Shown here piece by piece: positions 8,211 to 19,021 of a stretch of 39,709 bases of DNA. A model generated the notes under the pieces. That model saw nothing but the letters and a program-made list of their open reading frames with translations, ran no database searches and was not told the DNA's origin. The stretch comes from Thermoleophilia bacterium. Its GTDB lineage: Bacteria; Actinomycetota; Thermoleophilia; BMS3ABIN01. The position numbers and the translations under genes are program-made. The number at the start of each line of letters is the position of its first letter. Position 1 is the first letter of the stretch. Where the stretch lies: the NCBI GenBank assembly GCA_016650015.1, contig JAENWV010000003.1, positions 1-39,709 on the forward strand, written 5' to 3'.

Positions 8211-9959
8211 TTATTGCCGGATTTTGAGCTCTTTTAGCTGCCGCGGATCAACGATTGCCGGAGCGCCGGTGAGCGGACAGCCGCCACTCTGTGTCTTGGG
8301 AAATGCTATCACATCCCTGATGGTGGAAAGACCCGCCATCAGCATGACCAGGCGATCGAGGCCGAAAGCCAGCCCGCCGTGGGGCGGCGCTCCATATTTG
8401 AGAGCCTCCAGCAGGAAACCGAAATCCCGTTCCATCTGGTGGTCCTCGTGGCCGAGAATGGCGAGTATCCGCCGTTGCAGTTCCGGCTTGTGGATACGCA
8501 GACCACCGCTGGCGATCTCCACGCCGTTGAGAACCAGGTCATAGAGGCTGCCACGAACCTTGAGCGGCTCGTCCTCGAGAAAAGCGACCGTCTCCGCGCT
8601 GGGCAGTGTAAAAGGATGATGTTCGGCGACGATCTGGCCACTTTCTGCGTCCAGTTTAAACATGGGAAAATCCGTCACCCAGAGGAAGCTCCAGCCGGGC
8701 TCGACCAGTTCCAGCTCGGTGGCCAGGCGAGGCCGCAGGACGCCCAGGACCTCCACAGCCACGTCGACGGTGTCGGCGACGAAAAATACGATGTCGCCCG
8801 CTTCGGCCGCGGTTGCATCCAGGACCTGTGACAGTTCCTCCCGCGAGAGAAACTTGGCGATCGGCGACTGCACCTCCAGGCCTTCCTTGATAATCAGGTA
8901 TGCGAGCCCTTTGGCGCCATGGGAAAGCGCGAAGTCGGTATGTTCGTCTATTTCCCGGCGCGTAAAACGCCCGGCTCCTGGCGCCCGGATTGCCCGCACC
9001 GTGCCACCATCGGCTAGCGCCCGGGAAAACACGGCGAACTCCGAGCCGCGGAAGATATCGGAAGCGTCGACGATAGGAAGGCCGAAACGCAGGTCTGGTT
9101 TGTCGGAGCCGTACCTGAGAATCGCCTCGTCGTAGGTCATGACGGGGAAGGGTTTGTCGAGCGCGACGCCAAGCACTTCGTCGAAGAGAACAAGCATCAA
9201 ATCCTCGAGCAACCCCATGATCCCAGCCTCCGACATGAAGGACATCTCTATGTCCACCTGGGTGTGTTCGGGTTGCCGGTCGGCGCGCAGGTCCTCATCC
9301 CTGAACGCGTGCGCGAACTGGTAATAGCGGTCGAGCCCGGAGATCATCAGCAGTTGCTTGAAGAGCTGCGGCGACTGCGGCAGGGCGTAGAATTTTTTCG
9401 GTTGCAACCGCGACGGCACCAGGAAATCCCGGGCGCCTTCAGGCGTGCTCTTGGTGAGCACGGGTGTCTCCACCTCGGTGAAATTATTATTATCCAGAAA
9501 TTTTCGGGCGCTGCGGGAGACGCGGTGGCGCAACAGCAGGTTGTCGAGCATCTCCTCGCGGCGCAGGTCGATGTAGCGGTATTTGAGGCGCAGGTTGTCG
9601 TCCACATCGCCACGCTCCTCGACGCTGAACGGTGGCGTCTCGGAACGGTTGAGCACTTCGACGGCGGCGACGTTTATCTCGACCTCGCCGGTGGCCAGGT
9701 CCGGATTGACCGTTTCCGCCGGGCGGGGAGCCACTTTGCCCTTTATCTGGAGGACATCCTCCGGACGCAGCGAGTGGCCGATGGTATGGACTTCACCGGA
9801 ACGTTTGGGATCGAAGACGATCTGCACCAGGCCACTGACATCTCGAAGATCGACGAATATCAGCCCGCCGTGATCGCGCCGGCGATGGACCCAGCCGCAC
9901 AACGTTACGTCACGGTCGAGATCGTCCTTTTTTAGTTTTCCGCAGTAGTCGGTACGCAT
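8211..9959 (-). CDS. aspS: Aspartate--tRNA ligase (possibly non-discriminating)
   Basis: [63 protein letters not shown]. The His in RDHGG is typical of non-discriminating AspRS. Confidence 0.98.
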   Translation of the reverse strand: MRTDYCGKLKKDDLDRDVTLCGWVHRRRDHGGLIFVDLRDVSGLVQIVFDPKRSGEVHTIGHSLRPEDVLQIKGKVAPRPAETVNPDLATGEVEINVAAVEVLNRSETPPFSVEERGDVDDNLRLKYRYIDLRREEMLDNLLLRHRVSRSARKFLDNNNFTEVETPVLTKSTPEGARDFLVPSRLQPKKFYALPQSPQLFKQLLMISGLDRYYQFAHAFRDEDLRADRQPEHTQVDIEMSFMSEAGIMGLLEDLMLVLFDEVLGVALDKPFPVMTYDEAILRYGSDKPDLRFGLPIVDASDIFRGSEFAVFSRALADGGTVRAIRAPGAGRFTRREIDEHTDFALSHGAKGLAYLIIKEGLEVQSPIAKFLSREELSQVLDATAAEAGDIVFFVADTVDVAVEVLGVLRPRLATELELVEPGWSFLWVTDFPMFKLDAESGQIVAEHHPFTLPSAETVAFLEDEPLKVRGSLYDLVLNGVEIASGGLRIHKPELQRRILAILGHEDHQMERDFGFLLEALKYGAPPHGGLAFGLDRLVMLMAGLSTIRDVIAFPKTQSGGCPLTGAPAIVDPRQLKELKIRQ

Positions 9960-10078
9960 TATTCTTGTTTCTATTCTCGTTTCGTTGTGGGGGCCATGTT
10001 TTTCTAATTTCGGCTCTTAGTAAACCTGGGGGGCTACCCAAAAGTTTCTTAAACAGCCATCTCTTCAAGTAAGGTTTT

Positions 10079-11329
10079 TCAAAACCGTTCTGACAGGTTT
10101 TGCTCCAGGCCATCCAGCGCCACCGACTCCTGCTCGCCGGAACCCATATCGCGGACAGTGGCCGCGCCTGACGCCAGTTCGTCCTCGCCGATGATAACAG
10201 CAAAACGCGCGTTGAGGCGGTTCGCCTGCTTCATCTGTCCTTTCGCCTTTCGGCCGGCGTAATCCGTATCGGCGGAAATTCCCAAGCCGCGTAGCCGGTG
10301 CAGCGCCTGCATGACCCGCGGCCGCGCTTCTTCAGCCAAAACCATGATAAAGACGTCGATGCCCGGCGGCGCCGGCGTGATCCCGGCCGATTCAAGAGCC
10401 AGGACAATGCGCTCGAGACCGGTACCAAAACCGGTTGCCGGTGCCGGCTGGCCGCCGATCTCCTCGACAAGATTATCATACCGTCCGCCTCCCCCGATCC
10501 CTTTTTGGGCCCCGAGACGGGCGCACTCGTATTCAAAAGTCGTTCGCGTGTAATAATCAAAGCCGCGCACGAGCGTACCGTCGACCCGGTAGCTTCGCCT
10601 GAAAAGGTCGAGGTAACCCCTTACCTCGTCGAAATGTTTCTGGCAGGAAGGGCAGAGATTATCAACCAGTTTGGGCGCCTCGCCCAGCAGTGAAATACAA
10701 TTTTCGTTCTTGCAGTCGAAAACACGCAGCGGATTCAGCTTTGCCCGCTCCTGGCAGTCACGGCAGAGAGCATCACCAACGCCTTCCAGATAGAGCTTCA
10801 GCCGTTCCAGATATGGTGGCCGGCATTCCCTGTCGCCCATGCTGCTGAGCCTGAGCTCCACATCCGGAACGCCCAGCACCTCGTACAGTTGCGACAGCAT
10901 CATGATCATTTCCGCGTCGAGGGCGGCATCGCCGGAACCGATGGCCTCGGCCCCCAGCTGGTAGTGCTCCCGGTAACGACCGGCCTGGGGCCGTTCGAAA
11001 CGATACATGCGTTCTAAATACCAGAGCTTCACCGGTTGGGGCAGTTTGTGCATCCCGTGCTGCACGTAGGCTCGCACTACGGGGGCGGTGCCCTCGGGTT
11101 TCAAGGTCAGGCTGCGGCCGCCTTTGTCCTCGAAGCTGTACATCTCTTTTCTGACGATATCCGAAGAAGTGCCAACGCCCCTGACGAATAATTCTGTGTC
11201 CTCAAACGCCGGTGTGTTGATGTGTTCGTAGGCCGCCGTGCGAAATATGGCGGCGGCGACGTCAATAACCTGTTCGCGGAGAGCCTGCGCCGCCGGCAGA
11301 ACGTCGTATGTTCCTTTGGGACCCTGCAT
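10079..11329 (-). CDS. hisS: Histidine--tRNA ligase
   Basis: Start MQGPKGTYD at 11329 (the track extension overlaps the upstream gene). KEMYSFEDKG, RFERPQAGRYRE, LVRGFDYY, GGGGRYD. Confidence 0.97.
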   Translation of the reverse strand: MQGPKGTYDVLPAAQALREQVIDVAAAIFRTAAYEHINTPAFEDTELFVRGVGTSSDIVRKEMYSFEDKGGRSLTLKPEGTAPVVRAYVQHGMHKLPQPVKLWYLERMYRFERPQAGRYREHYQLGAEAIGSGDAALDAEMIMMLSQLYEVLGVPDVELRLSSMGDRECRPPYLERLKLYLEGVGDALCRDCQERAKLNPLRVFDCKNENCISLLGEAPKLVDNLCPSCQKHFDEVRGYLDLFRRSYRVDGTLVRGFDYYTRTTFEYECARLGAQKGIGGGGRYDNLVEEIGGQPAPATGFGTGLERIVLALESAGITPAPPGIDVFIMVLAEEARPRVMQALHRLRGLGISADTDYAGRKAKGQMKQANRLNARFAVIIGEDELASGAATVRDMGSGEQESVALDGLEQNLSERF

Positions 11330-11330
11330 T

Positions 11331-11969
11331 TTACCAGCCCAGATCGGTGAGAAAGGGGTTGTCCTCCCTCTCGGCCGCCAGAGTTGTACTGTTCCCGTGC
11401 CCGGGATAGACCCTGGTATCCGGTGGGAAGTGCAGAATAAGGTTCTTGACCGCCGCAGCCAGCTCATCGAATGACCCACCAGGTAAATCAGTGCGGCCTA
11501 CTGAGCCATGAAAAAGCAGGTCGCCGGTAAACAGGCAATCAGCGACAAAAAAAGTGAGTGATCCCGGCGAATGACCACGCGTGGCGATTATCTTGACGTC
11601 AATGCCATCGATTGAGACCGTCTCGCCGCCCTCGAGCAGGCGATCGACCTTGCAGCTTGAAAAACCGGGCATGCCGGGGAAGAACTGAAATTTTTCCGGG
11701 GCTGCCAGAACCATCTCCACCTCACGGCTGGCATAGACCTCAGCACCGGTAGATTCCGCCAGTCCGGCCACGCCGCCGATATGATCCGGGTGTCCGTGCG
11801 TGATGAAGATCGCCGAACACCGGGCTCCAGCTTCCCTGAAAGCCGTGAGGACCACTTCCGGATCACCGCCGGGATCCACGGCAAAACCGGCACCCGAGGC
11901 GGAATCGTGAACTATATAGCAGTTGGCCTGAAGCGGACCCACCGCCCTGGTTATGATTTCGATGCTGAT
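11331..11969 (-). CDS. MBL-fold metallo-hydrolase (glyoxalase II / YcbL-like)
   Basis: GPLQANCY, THGHPDHIGG, GHSPGS, FTGDLLF, GRTDLPGG, PGHG. Start uncertain: GTG 11942 or non-canonical ATC at 11963/11969. Confidence 0.9.
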   Translation of the reverse strand: MSIEIITRAVGPLQANCYIVHDSASGAGFAVDPGGDPEVVLTAFREAGARCSAIFITHGHPDHIGGVAGLAESTGAEVYASREVEMVLAAPEKFQFFPGMPGFSSCKVDRLLEGGETVSIDGIDVKIIATRGHSPGSLTFFVADCLFTGDLLFHGSVGRTDLPGGSFDELAAAVKNLILHFPPDTRVYPGHGNSTTLAAEREDNPFLTDLGW

Positions 11970-12000
11970 AAAGCTCTCCTGAATAGTTTTGCTACGCTGG

Positions 12001-13302
12001 TTACTCTAGCAAAAGTACGGGAGCAGGTTCTACCCTCGACCTGGAAATCCCGTACGCCGCCTGGATCATCCCGGCAGCCTTCTGGCCTTTGGATTTCTCA
12101 GTAGCATACACTGACGCCAATACCTGCCCCGGCATTACCGGGTCTCCCTTTTTTAGCTTAAGCCTGACTCCAACCGAGTGGTCAATGCTGTCTTCCTGAC
12201 GCTGGCGGCCGGCACCCAGTTCCACGGCGGCCCTGCCCACCACCCGCGCATCGATTGCCTCAATCCAGCCTTGAGAAGAAGCCTGAATCTCGATTTCGGT
12301 GGAGGCGACGGGCAACGCAGCCGGATCATCGATAAACGAGACGTCCCCGCCCTGTACTTTGATCCATTCACGAAACTTTGCCAATGCCGAGCCATTCGCC
12401 AGGGCACGCCGCGCTTCGGCTTCAGCCTGCGGCGCTTCCCAGCCAAGGTCGGACAGAACCAAGAGCCGGGTCCCCAGAGCCAATACCACTTCTACCAGAT
12501 CTGACGGACCTTTCCCCTTAAGCGTCTCAACCGCCTCGAGCACCTCCAGGGCGTTGCCGACGGCGTGGCCCAGCGGCTGCTCCATCGAGGTCATGATCGC
12601 CTCGACGGTAATGCCGCGGCGCTCCCCCACTGCCCGCATCAGATGGGCGACTCCCTGGGCGTGGCCCATGGTCTTGAAGAACGATCCCTTGCCGACTTTG
12701 ACGTCGAGCACAACGGCGCTGGCTCCGCCCGCCAACTTCTTGCTGATGATGCTGGCGGCGATCAGCGGGTTTGATTCCACGGTGGCGGTGACATCCCTGA
12801 GGGCGTAGAGGCGGTTGTCGGCGGGCACCAGGTCGGCGCTCTGGCCGGCTACACAGATGCCGGTCTCCCCCAGCTGTCCGACAAAATCTTCCGCTGACAG
12901 GGAGGTGCGAAACCCCGGGATCGACTCCAGTTTGTCGATAGTGCCACCGGTATGACCGAGGCCACGCCCCGACATCTTGCCGAAGACGGCCCCAGATGAG
13001 GCGACCAGCGGCCCCAATACCATCGTGACCTTGTCGCCGACGCCGCCGGTGCTGTGCTTGTCGACGACGCGCCGGCCGAGCGGGGTGAGATCCAGCCGCT
13101 TGCCCGAGTCCAGCAGGGCGTCGGTAAGCGCCAGGGTCTCAGACAGGCTCAACCCTTTGAGCAGGGCCGCCATCAGCCAGGCAGACATCTGATAATCTGC
13201 TACCTCTCCGTCCATGAACGCCCGGATGAAGCCGGCCAGCTCCACAGCGGAGTGCTCGCCGCCATCGCGCTTCCGCTGGATTATATCGACCGGTGATGTC
13301 AT
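12001..13302 (-). CDS. pdp: Thymidine / pyrimidine-nucleoside phosphorylase
   Basis: DKHSTGGVGDK, KMSGRGLGHTGGTIDKLESIPG, LYALRDVTATV, LDVKVGKG. Confidence 0.95.
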   Translation of the reverse strand: MTSPVDIIQRKRDGGEHSAVELAGFIRAFMDGEVADYQMSAWLMAALLKGLSLSETLALTDALLDSGKRLDLTPLGRRVVDKHSTGGVGDKVTMVLGPLVASSGAVFGKMSGRGLGHTGGTIDKLESIPGFRTSLSAEDFVGQLGETGICVAGQSADLVPADNRLYALRDVTATVESNPLIAASIISKKLAGGASAVVLDVKVGKGSFFKTMGHAQGVAHLMRAVGERRGITVEAIMTSMEQPLGHAVGNALEVLEAVETLKGKGPSDLVEVVLALGTRLLVLSDLGWEAPQAEAEARRALANGSALAKFREWIKVQGGDVSFIDDPAALPVASTEIEIQASSQGWIEAIDARVVGRAAVELGAGRQRQEDSIDHSVGVRLKLKKGDPVMPGQVLASVYATEKSKGQKAAGMIQAAYGISRSRVEPAPVLLLE

Positions 13303-13683
13303 AGGCTGCTGAACGCTCCCTGGGTCGCATTTGGCACTGCCATATTATTGCCTGTTTAACTACTAAACAAGTGTTGCGGCCCATAGCTACTTCACGAGAC
13401 TCAGTGCCGCCTGCCGAGTAATGCCAGTTTGTAGACTTAACAGGGGTTACAGCGGGAAATGCCGCCGGAATACATCAAAAAACTATAGACGCCGGCAGCA
13501 CTTTATGGTACTCTCAAAACCTAGCGATCGTCGGGTAAAAAAGTAACCCGGCAAGCGGGCCTTCGTCTTCACCCGGTGCGCGCCGCCGGGAAGCGTTACG
13601 CCCTGGCTGATGCCCGCCCCCGCGGCCTGATCAACTGCCTGGCTGAAACGTGACTTGCGGCCGACTTGCGCCGTGGACCTTCC

Positions 13684-14976
13684 TTATTTTTTCACTGTGA
13701 CCAGAAACGGCCTGCCGGCAAGTTTCAACGCCTCCGCTATTTCCAGCTTCGGACCGGTGAAAAAACGGAAGACCGTGGCTCCCACATCGGCAAATTCCCC
13801 CATATACGGTTCGTCGCGCGGCTGGCGGCCCGAGATGCCCTGTTCCAGAGATGCCGTTTCAAACAGCGACCCTCCAGGTGAAAACACCTCGCTGCCCAGC
13901 CGGGCCAGCAGCGGTATGTACTCCCTGGTGTGGTCGGTTCCAGGCGCCAGGGGGTCGCAGCCATGGTCGGCGGTGATAATCATCAGATCGTTTTCGCCGC
14001 AGGAGGCGATCAGCTCCGGCACCGCGGCGTCCACTTCCTCCAGGCCGGCGGCAAAACCGGCCGGGTCATTGCGATGGCCCCAGAGCATGTCGAAATCCAC
14101 CAGGTTAGTGAAAACCAGGCCCTCTTTAAGCTCACGCATGAGCGAGATTGACTTCTCCAGACCTTCGGCGTTGCCGGTGGTCTTGTACTCGTAGCGAACT
14201 CCCGATCCGGCGAAAATCTGCGATATCTTGCCGACGCCGTGCACCGGCACGCCTATCTCGCTGAGAATGTTGAGATAGGTGCGTGGTGGCGTCACGGAAA
14301 AATCCCGGCGCCGCGGCGTGCGGCTGAAGCTGCCCGGTTCGCCGCTGAACGGCCGGGCGATCACGCGCACGACCTCGTTTTCGCCGCGCAAAATCTCCCG
14401 AGCACGACGGCAGTAATCGTAAAGATCATCCACGGAGACGATATCCTCGTGGGCGGCGATCTGGAAGACGCTGTCGGCCGAGGTGTAGACGATTAGCTTG
14501 CCGGTCCTGAGGTGCTCCTCCCCCAGCTCGCTGATGATCTCGGTGCCGGAGGCGGGAATATTGCCCAGAACACCTCGGCCGGTGACCCGCTCAAATTCCT
14601 CGATAACCGTCTCTGGAAAACCTTCGGGAAATACTGGAAAGGATTTTCCGGTGACAACTCCCATGAGCTCCCAGTGACCAACGGTAGTGTCCATGCCTCG
14701 GGAACGCTCAGCGAGCTTGCCGAAGAGCGCCTGCGGCCTCGGCGCCGGCGGCACGCCCGGCAGCGGCAGTATATTCCCCAGCCCTAACGCGCCCAGGTTC
14801 GGCAGCTTGAGGCCGGCGATTGCCTCGGCAACGTGCCCCAGGGTGTTCACATCCAGGTCACCGAACTCGCCGGCATCGGAAAGCGCGCCACAACCAACGC
14901 CGTCCAGGGTGATAAGCAGGCAGCGCACCCGCCGCCGCAGCCGTTTCCGGCCGAGCAGCCAGAGGGGGTTAATCAT
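13684..14976 (-). CDS. deoB: Phosphopentomutase
   Basis: LITLDGVG, DTTVGHWE, YTSADSVFQIAAHE, RVIARPF, NLVDFDMLWGHRND, TADHGCDP, TDHTREY. Start is ATG 14976 (overlapping xerD) or GTG 14928. Confidence 0.95.
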   Translation of the reverse strand: MINPLWLLGRKRLRRRVRCLLITLDGVGCGALSDAGEFGDLDVNTLGHVAEAIAGLKLPNLGALGLGNILPLPGVPPAPRPQALFGKLAERSRGMDTTVGHWELMGVVTGKSFPVFPEGFPETVIEEFERVTGRGVLGNIPASGTEIISELGEEHLRTGKLIVYTSADSVFQIAAHEDIVSVDDLYDYCRRAREILRGENEVVRVIARPFSGEPGSFSRTPRRRDFSVTPPRTYLNILSEIGVPVHGVGKISQIFAGSGVRYEYKTTGNAEGLEKSISLMRELKEGLVFTNLVDFDMLWGHRNDPAGFAAGLEEVDAAVPELIASCGENDLMIITADHGCDPLAPGTDHTREYIPLLARLGSEVFSPGGSLFETASLEQGISGRQPRDEPYMGEFADVGATVFRFFTGPKLEIAEALKLAGRPFLVTVKK

Positions 14977-15937
14977 TGACCGGTGACTTCCTCGCCCGGG
15001 GATGTGAATCGAAATAGATATCCCGCAACCGCTGGTGGCTGAGGTGAGTGTAGATCTGAGTGGTCGATACGTCCGCGTGCCCCAGCATCTCCTGGACGCT
15101 GCGCAGGTCGGCGCCACCGGCCAGCAGGTGCGTGGCAAAACTGTGTCTCAACGTGTGTGGGGTAACCACCTTCTGAATCCCGGCCTGACGGGCATAACTA
15201 ACCACCAGGCGATGGATGCTCTGGCGCGTCAGCCCCCGCCCGAACCGATTCAGGAAAAGATGGCTGGTTTTGCCGCCCTTGCCCAGAAAAGGCCGCCCCA
15301 GCTGCAGGTAGCGGTGCACGGCGGCCAGCGCCGGCTCACCAACCGGGATAATCCTTTCCTTTGAGCCTTTGCCCAGGCAGCGGACAAATCCCCCCTCCAG
15401 GTCCACGTCGCCGGTATGCAGCCCGATAAGCTCCGAAACCCTCAGTCCGGCGCTGTAAAGCAGTTCCAGGATGGCGGTGTCCCGGCTCGCCCCGGGCGTG
15501 CCGCCGGTCGGCTGGCTGAGCAGGATCTTGACCTCGGCCAGGTTGAGTACGGTGGGCAGCTTGTGATTCTGCTTGGGCGATTTAATCGATACAACCGGGT
15601 TGGCATCGGTCAGTTTCTCGCGGCAGAGGTACTTGTAAAAGCTTTTGAGCACGCTGATCTTGCGGGCCATGGTGGCGCCCGCCGGCAAACCTTCGATACC
15701 GCTCAGACCTGCCAGAAAATTCCGGATGGAGCCTGTAGTGACCACGATGGCGTTCATGCCCTGCCCGTCGATGAATGCCTGAAACTGCGCCAGGTCCCGC
15801 CGGTACGAAGAAACCGTATTGTCTGCAAGCCCGCGCTCGAACTGCAGATAGGCCAGATATTCATCGATCAGCTGGTTTCGGATATCCGCTTGTATTGTTA
15901 CCGCTCCGGTTTCCGGAGCCTCAAGCTGCTGATCCAT
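14969..15937 (-). CDS. xerD: Site-specific tyrosine recombinase XerD
   Basis: ERGLADNTVSSYRRDL, LLYSAGLRVSEL, GKGSKER, TPHTLRHSFATHLL, LGHADVSTTQIYTH; nudix-...-xerD-deoB synteny. Confidence 0.93.
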   Translation of the reverse strand: MDQQLEAPETGAVTIQADIRNQLIDEYLAYLQFERGLADNTVSSYRRDLAQFQAFIDGQGMNAIVVTTGSIRNFLAGLSGIEGLPAGATMARKISVLKSFYKYLCREKLTDANPVVSIKSPKQNHKLPTVLNLAEVKILLSQPTGGTPGASRDTAILELLYSAGLRVSELIGLHTGDVDLEGGFVRCLGKGSKERIIPVGEPALAAVHRYLQLGRPFLGKGGKTSHLFLNRFGRGLTRQSIHRLVVSYARQAGIQKVVTPHTLRHSFATHLLAGGADLRSVQEMLGHADVSTTQIYTHLSHQRLRDIYFDSHPRARKSPVND

Positions 15938-16072
15938 GGCCTTTTGATTCGCTGTCGGGCATCAATGCTCCTTTTTTACCAGATAACAATCAGTCAAAAA
16001 TTCGTCCTCACTGTTTAGCGACCACGTTTACATAAACAAACGCGGTGCGAACAGCGTGCCCCCCTGCCAGCG

Positions 16073-17221
16073 TTACGAGACGGGAAACTGGTCTGATGAC
16101 GACAGCCGGAAGGGGATGATGCTGGATAACTGATAATGGGGCAGACCGACGGAGTCGGCCACCGCCTGATTGGTAATCTTTCCCTCCATGACGTTGACTC
16201 CGTGGGCCAGCGCGTCATTGCGCCGGATAGCCGCAATGGTGCCTTCGCTGCCCAGGTCGACGATGTAGGGCAGAGTTGCGTTCGTCAGCGCGAACGTGGA
16301 GGTGATGGGCACCGCTCCGGGAATATTGCCGACGCAATAATGGATCACGTCGTGGGCGAGGTAGGTGGGTTCGCTGTGGGTAGTCATGCGTGAGGTCTCG
16401 GCGCAACCTCCCTGGTCGATGGAGACATCGACGATGACTGAGTGCGGCACCATCTCCTCGACCAGTTTTTCCGAGATAAGCTTCGGCGCGGTAGCGCCCG
16501 GATTGAGCACGGCGCAGATGACCAGGTCAGCAGTGGAGACCTGCTCCTCGATGGAAAGCGCCGTGGACATGACCGTGGTCAGTCGGCCGGAAACATAGCC
16601 ATGCAGTGAACGCAATTTGTCCAGATCCTTGTCCAGGACGACCACATTCGCCAGCATGCCCGCGGCTATCTTGGCGGCATTGGCGCCAACGATGCCTGAG
16701 CCGAGCACGACGACCTTCGCCGGCGGCACCCCGGCAACGCCGCCCAGCAGGATGCCGCGCCCGCCGATCATCTTCTCCAGAAAATAGGCTCCCACCTGGG
16801 CTGACATGCGTCCGGCTATCTCGCTCATGGGGGCAAGCAGTGGCAGGCGGCCCTCCTGCTCGACCGTCTCATAGGCGATGCAAGTGGCGCCTGTCTCCAT
16901 CAACTGCCGCGCCAACTCCGGCTGGGGCGCCAGGTGCAGGAAGGAAAAGATTGTCTGTTCCGGCTTTAGCAGCGCCACTTCCCGGGGGGAAGGATCCTTG
17001 ACCTTGACGATGAGCTCCGCCGTGTCAAAAAGCTCCTCGAAACTTTCGATGATACGGGCGCCCTGGCTCTCGTAGGCAGAATCCGGCAATTTGCTGCCGT
17101 CGCCGGCGCCCGCCTGGACCAGAACCGTCATGCCCGCGCCTGCCAGCTCGCGAACCCCGGCCGGCGTTATGGCCACGCGGTATTCGTCAACATCGACTTC
17201 CGATGGGACCCCGATTATCAA
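16073..17221 (-). CDS. ald: Alanine dehydrogenase
   Basis: IIGVP..E.RV, LPLLAPMSEIAGR, GRGILLGGV, VDVSIDQGGCAETS, HYCVGNIPGAVP. TTG start with AGGAG RBS. Confidence 0.96.
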   Translation of the reverse strand: MIIGVPSEVDVDEYRVAITPAGVRELAGAGMTVLVQAGAGDGSKLPDSAYESQGARIIESFEELFDTAELIVKVKDPSPREVALLKPEQTIFSFLHLAPQPELARQLMETGATCIAYETVEQEGRLPLLAPMSEIAGRMSAQVGAYFLEKMIGGRGILLGGVAGVPPAKVVVLGSGIVGANAAKIAAGMLANVVVLDKDLDKLRSLHGYVSGRLTTVMSTALSIEEQVSTADLVICAVLNPGATAPKLISEKLVEEMVPHSVIVDVSIDQGGCAETSRMTTHSEPTYLAHDVIHYCVGNIPGAVPITSTFALTNATLPYIVDLGSEGTIAAIRRNDALAHGVNVMEGKITNQAVADSVGLPHYQLSSIIPFRLSSSDQFPVS

Positions 17222-17333
17222 TCTCTTCTCCTTGTCGGTGAGTTATGCCAATAATTGCTGATCATAAAACCTTTCGCTCCGGCCCGTCCCGCTACCTGCC
17301 GCCATCCCGCGCGCAGCCCGTCTTAGCTAATAT

Positions 17334-17864
17334 TCAACCGCGCCCGGCCAATTCCCTGTGCGCGAGCATAACGCCAATGATCGATTTGCCATCCCTAAGC
17401 TCTTGCAACAGCTCCGGCAGGGGATCCAGCGGACGCTGTTCGGGCTCGATGAACTCCTCGTGATCACTGTCCTCTTCGCCATGGGTGAGCTCTTCCGCAA
17501 GAAAGACATGCAATATCTCATCGCAAAAACCAGGTGATGAATAAAAGGCGGTCAACCGGATGAGTTTACCGGCCGTCAGCCCCAGTTCCTCGCGAAGCTC
17601 GCGCCGGGCGCAGTCGGCGGGATCCTCACCGGGATCGAGCTTGCCGGCGGGAACCTCCAAGAGCTGCTGCCCGATGGCGTCGCGATACTGGCGCACCAGA
17701 TGCACCGTACCCTCGCCGTCGACAGGAACGATAACCGCCGCTCCGGGGTGCTCCATGACCTCGCGGATGGTCCGATGGCCGTCGGGCAACTCTACCTGAT
17801 CCACCCGCAGCCTGATCACGCGGCCCTTGTAAACATATTCCGATGAGAGGATGCGGTTATTCAA
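17334..17864 (-). CDS. NUDIX hydrolase (ADP-ribose pyrophosphatase, NudF-like)
   Basis: Nudix box GKLDPGEDPADCARRELREELG, HPGAA, YSSPGFCDE. TTG 17864 overlaps the upstream stop (TTGA). Confidence 0.92.
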   Translation of the reverse strand: MNNRILSSEYVYKGRVIRLRVDQVELPDGHRTIREVMEHPGAAVIVPVDGEGTVHLVRQYRDAIGQQLLEVPAGKLDPGEDPADCARRELREELGLTAGKLIRLTAFYSSPGFCDEILHVFLAEELTHGEEDSDHEEFIEPEQRPLDPLPELLQELRDGKSIIGVMLAHRELAGRG

Positions 17865-19021
17865 AAGCTCATCTGCCCATTGGCGCCGCGGGCTTCCTCC
17901 ACCAGCGCCATCAGAAAATCGTGCATCTGCTGAAGCGATTCCACGGAGATATATTCTTCGGGTGTATGCACACACTCCATGCCGGTAGCAAGATTCACGC
18001 AGGGCAGCCCCCTGAGGTTGAAAACATTGACGTCGCTGCCGCCACCAGTCGATGTACGCTCGGTAGGCAGACCCAGGCGGCCGAATGCCCGTTCGGCCAG
18101 CTCTATGGGCAAACCGCCAGCGGAGAAATCAAATCCGTGGAATTCATCCACGACCGTTATCTCTACATCCACCTCTTCCTCAGCCGCGGCCAGGTTGATT
18201 GCTTCGAGCATATGCACAACCTGGTTTTCCAGCTTCTCCTGATCGTGACTGCGAGCTTCGCAATGGATGGCACAGCGGTCAGGGACTACGTTGACCGCCT
18301 CTCCTCCCCGGATAATGCCGACATTGGCGGTAGTCTCACCGTCGAGGCGGCCCAGCTTCATCGCGGCAACCGCCTTCGCCGCCGCCACCACGGCATTGCG
18401 GCCGTCTTCCGGCACAACGCCGGCGTGAGCCGACTTGCCGATAAATGTAGCGTTCACGGTCTTCTGTGAGGGTGAGCGCACTATGACACCACCCACCGGA
18501 CCGGTGCAGTCGAGGCAAAAACCGCACTCGGCCACCACCAATTCCAGGGAACTTGCCTTGGCGCCGCGCAGGCCTCCCTCCTCCCCCACGGTCAGCAGGA
18601 GTTCGATACCGGCCTGGGGCAGCTTCTCGCGAATGATCCTTTCCAGTGTATGGATGATGGCGGCCACCGCCGACTTGTCGTCAGCTCCCAGCACCGCACG
18701 GCTGCCGCTGCGGATAACGCCATCCACCAGCGTCGGGTCGGGCAACGCCTCGTCTTCGGAAGGGACAGTATCGGTATGGGCTGAAAGCAGGATGGGTGTC
18801 CCGGGGACACTTGCTTCCAGGCGACAATATAGATTGCCGGCGCTGGAGCCGCTGTCCGGGTATAGAGGCTCGTCCTCCCGGACCTCCAGCCCCAGGCCCC
18901 GCAGCCGTGTCGTCAGAAAATCATTGATAGCCCTCTCGTGGCCGGAAGGGCTGGGGATACGTGCCAGCTCCAGGAAAAAAGTTACCAGGGGGCCAGCTGC
19001 GGCTATGCTATCTTGCCTCAT
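17861..19021 (-). CDS. M20/M25/M40 metallopeptidase (peptidase T-like)
   Basis: [38 protein letters not shown]. Confidence 0.9.
   Translation of the reverse strand: MRQDSIAAAGPLVTFFLELARIPSPSGHERAINDFLTTRLRGLGLEVREDEPLYPDSGSSAGNLYCRLEASVPGTPILLSAHTDTVPSEDEALPDPTLVDGVIRSGSRAVLGADDKSAVAAIIHTLERIIREKLPQAGIELLLTVGEEGGLRGAKASSLELVVAECGFCLDCTGPVGGVIVRSPSQKTVNATFIGKSAHAGVVPEDGRNAVVAAAKAVAAMKLGRLDGETTANVGIIRGGEAVNVVPDRCAIHCEARSHDQEKLENQVVHMLEAINLAAAEEEVDVEITVVDEFHGFDFSAGGLPIELAERAFGRLGLPTERTSTGGGSDVNVFNLRGLPCVNLATGMECVHTPEEYISVESLQQMHDFLMALVEEARGANGQMSF

Noticed and set aside
7993-8544. 183-aa plus-strand ORF
   Set aside because: Overlaps the 6S RNA and the aspS 3' end in antisense; no protein-like features.
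9960-10078. Possible T-box leader between hisS and aspS
   Set aside because: Only ~120 bp, with no T-box consensus or terminator visible.
11330-11479. Long N-terminal extensions given by the ORF track for hisS (also deoB, nudix, nusB, pepP, aroQ, CDF)
   Set aside because: They overlap upstream genes; conserved N-termini and coupled starts lie further downstream.
14969-15937. Tyrosine recombinase as a possible prophage or island integrase
   Set aside because: Sequence and nudix/deoB synteny fit housekeeping XerD; no att repeats, tRNA or cargo genes nearby.
16021-16046. Imperfect hairpin after ald, considered as a dif site or LexA box
   Set aside because: No match to dif or GAAC-N4-GTTC; at most a weak terminator without a U-tract.
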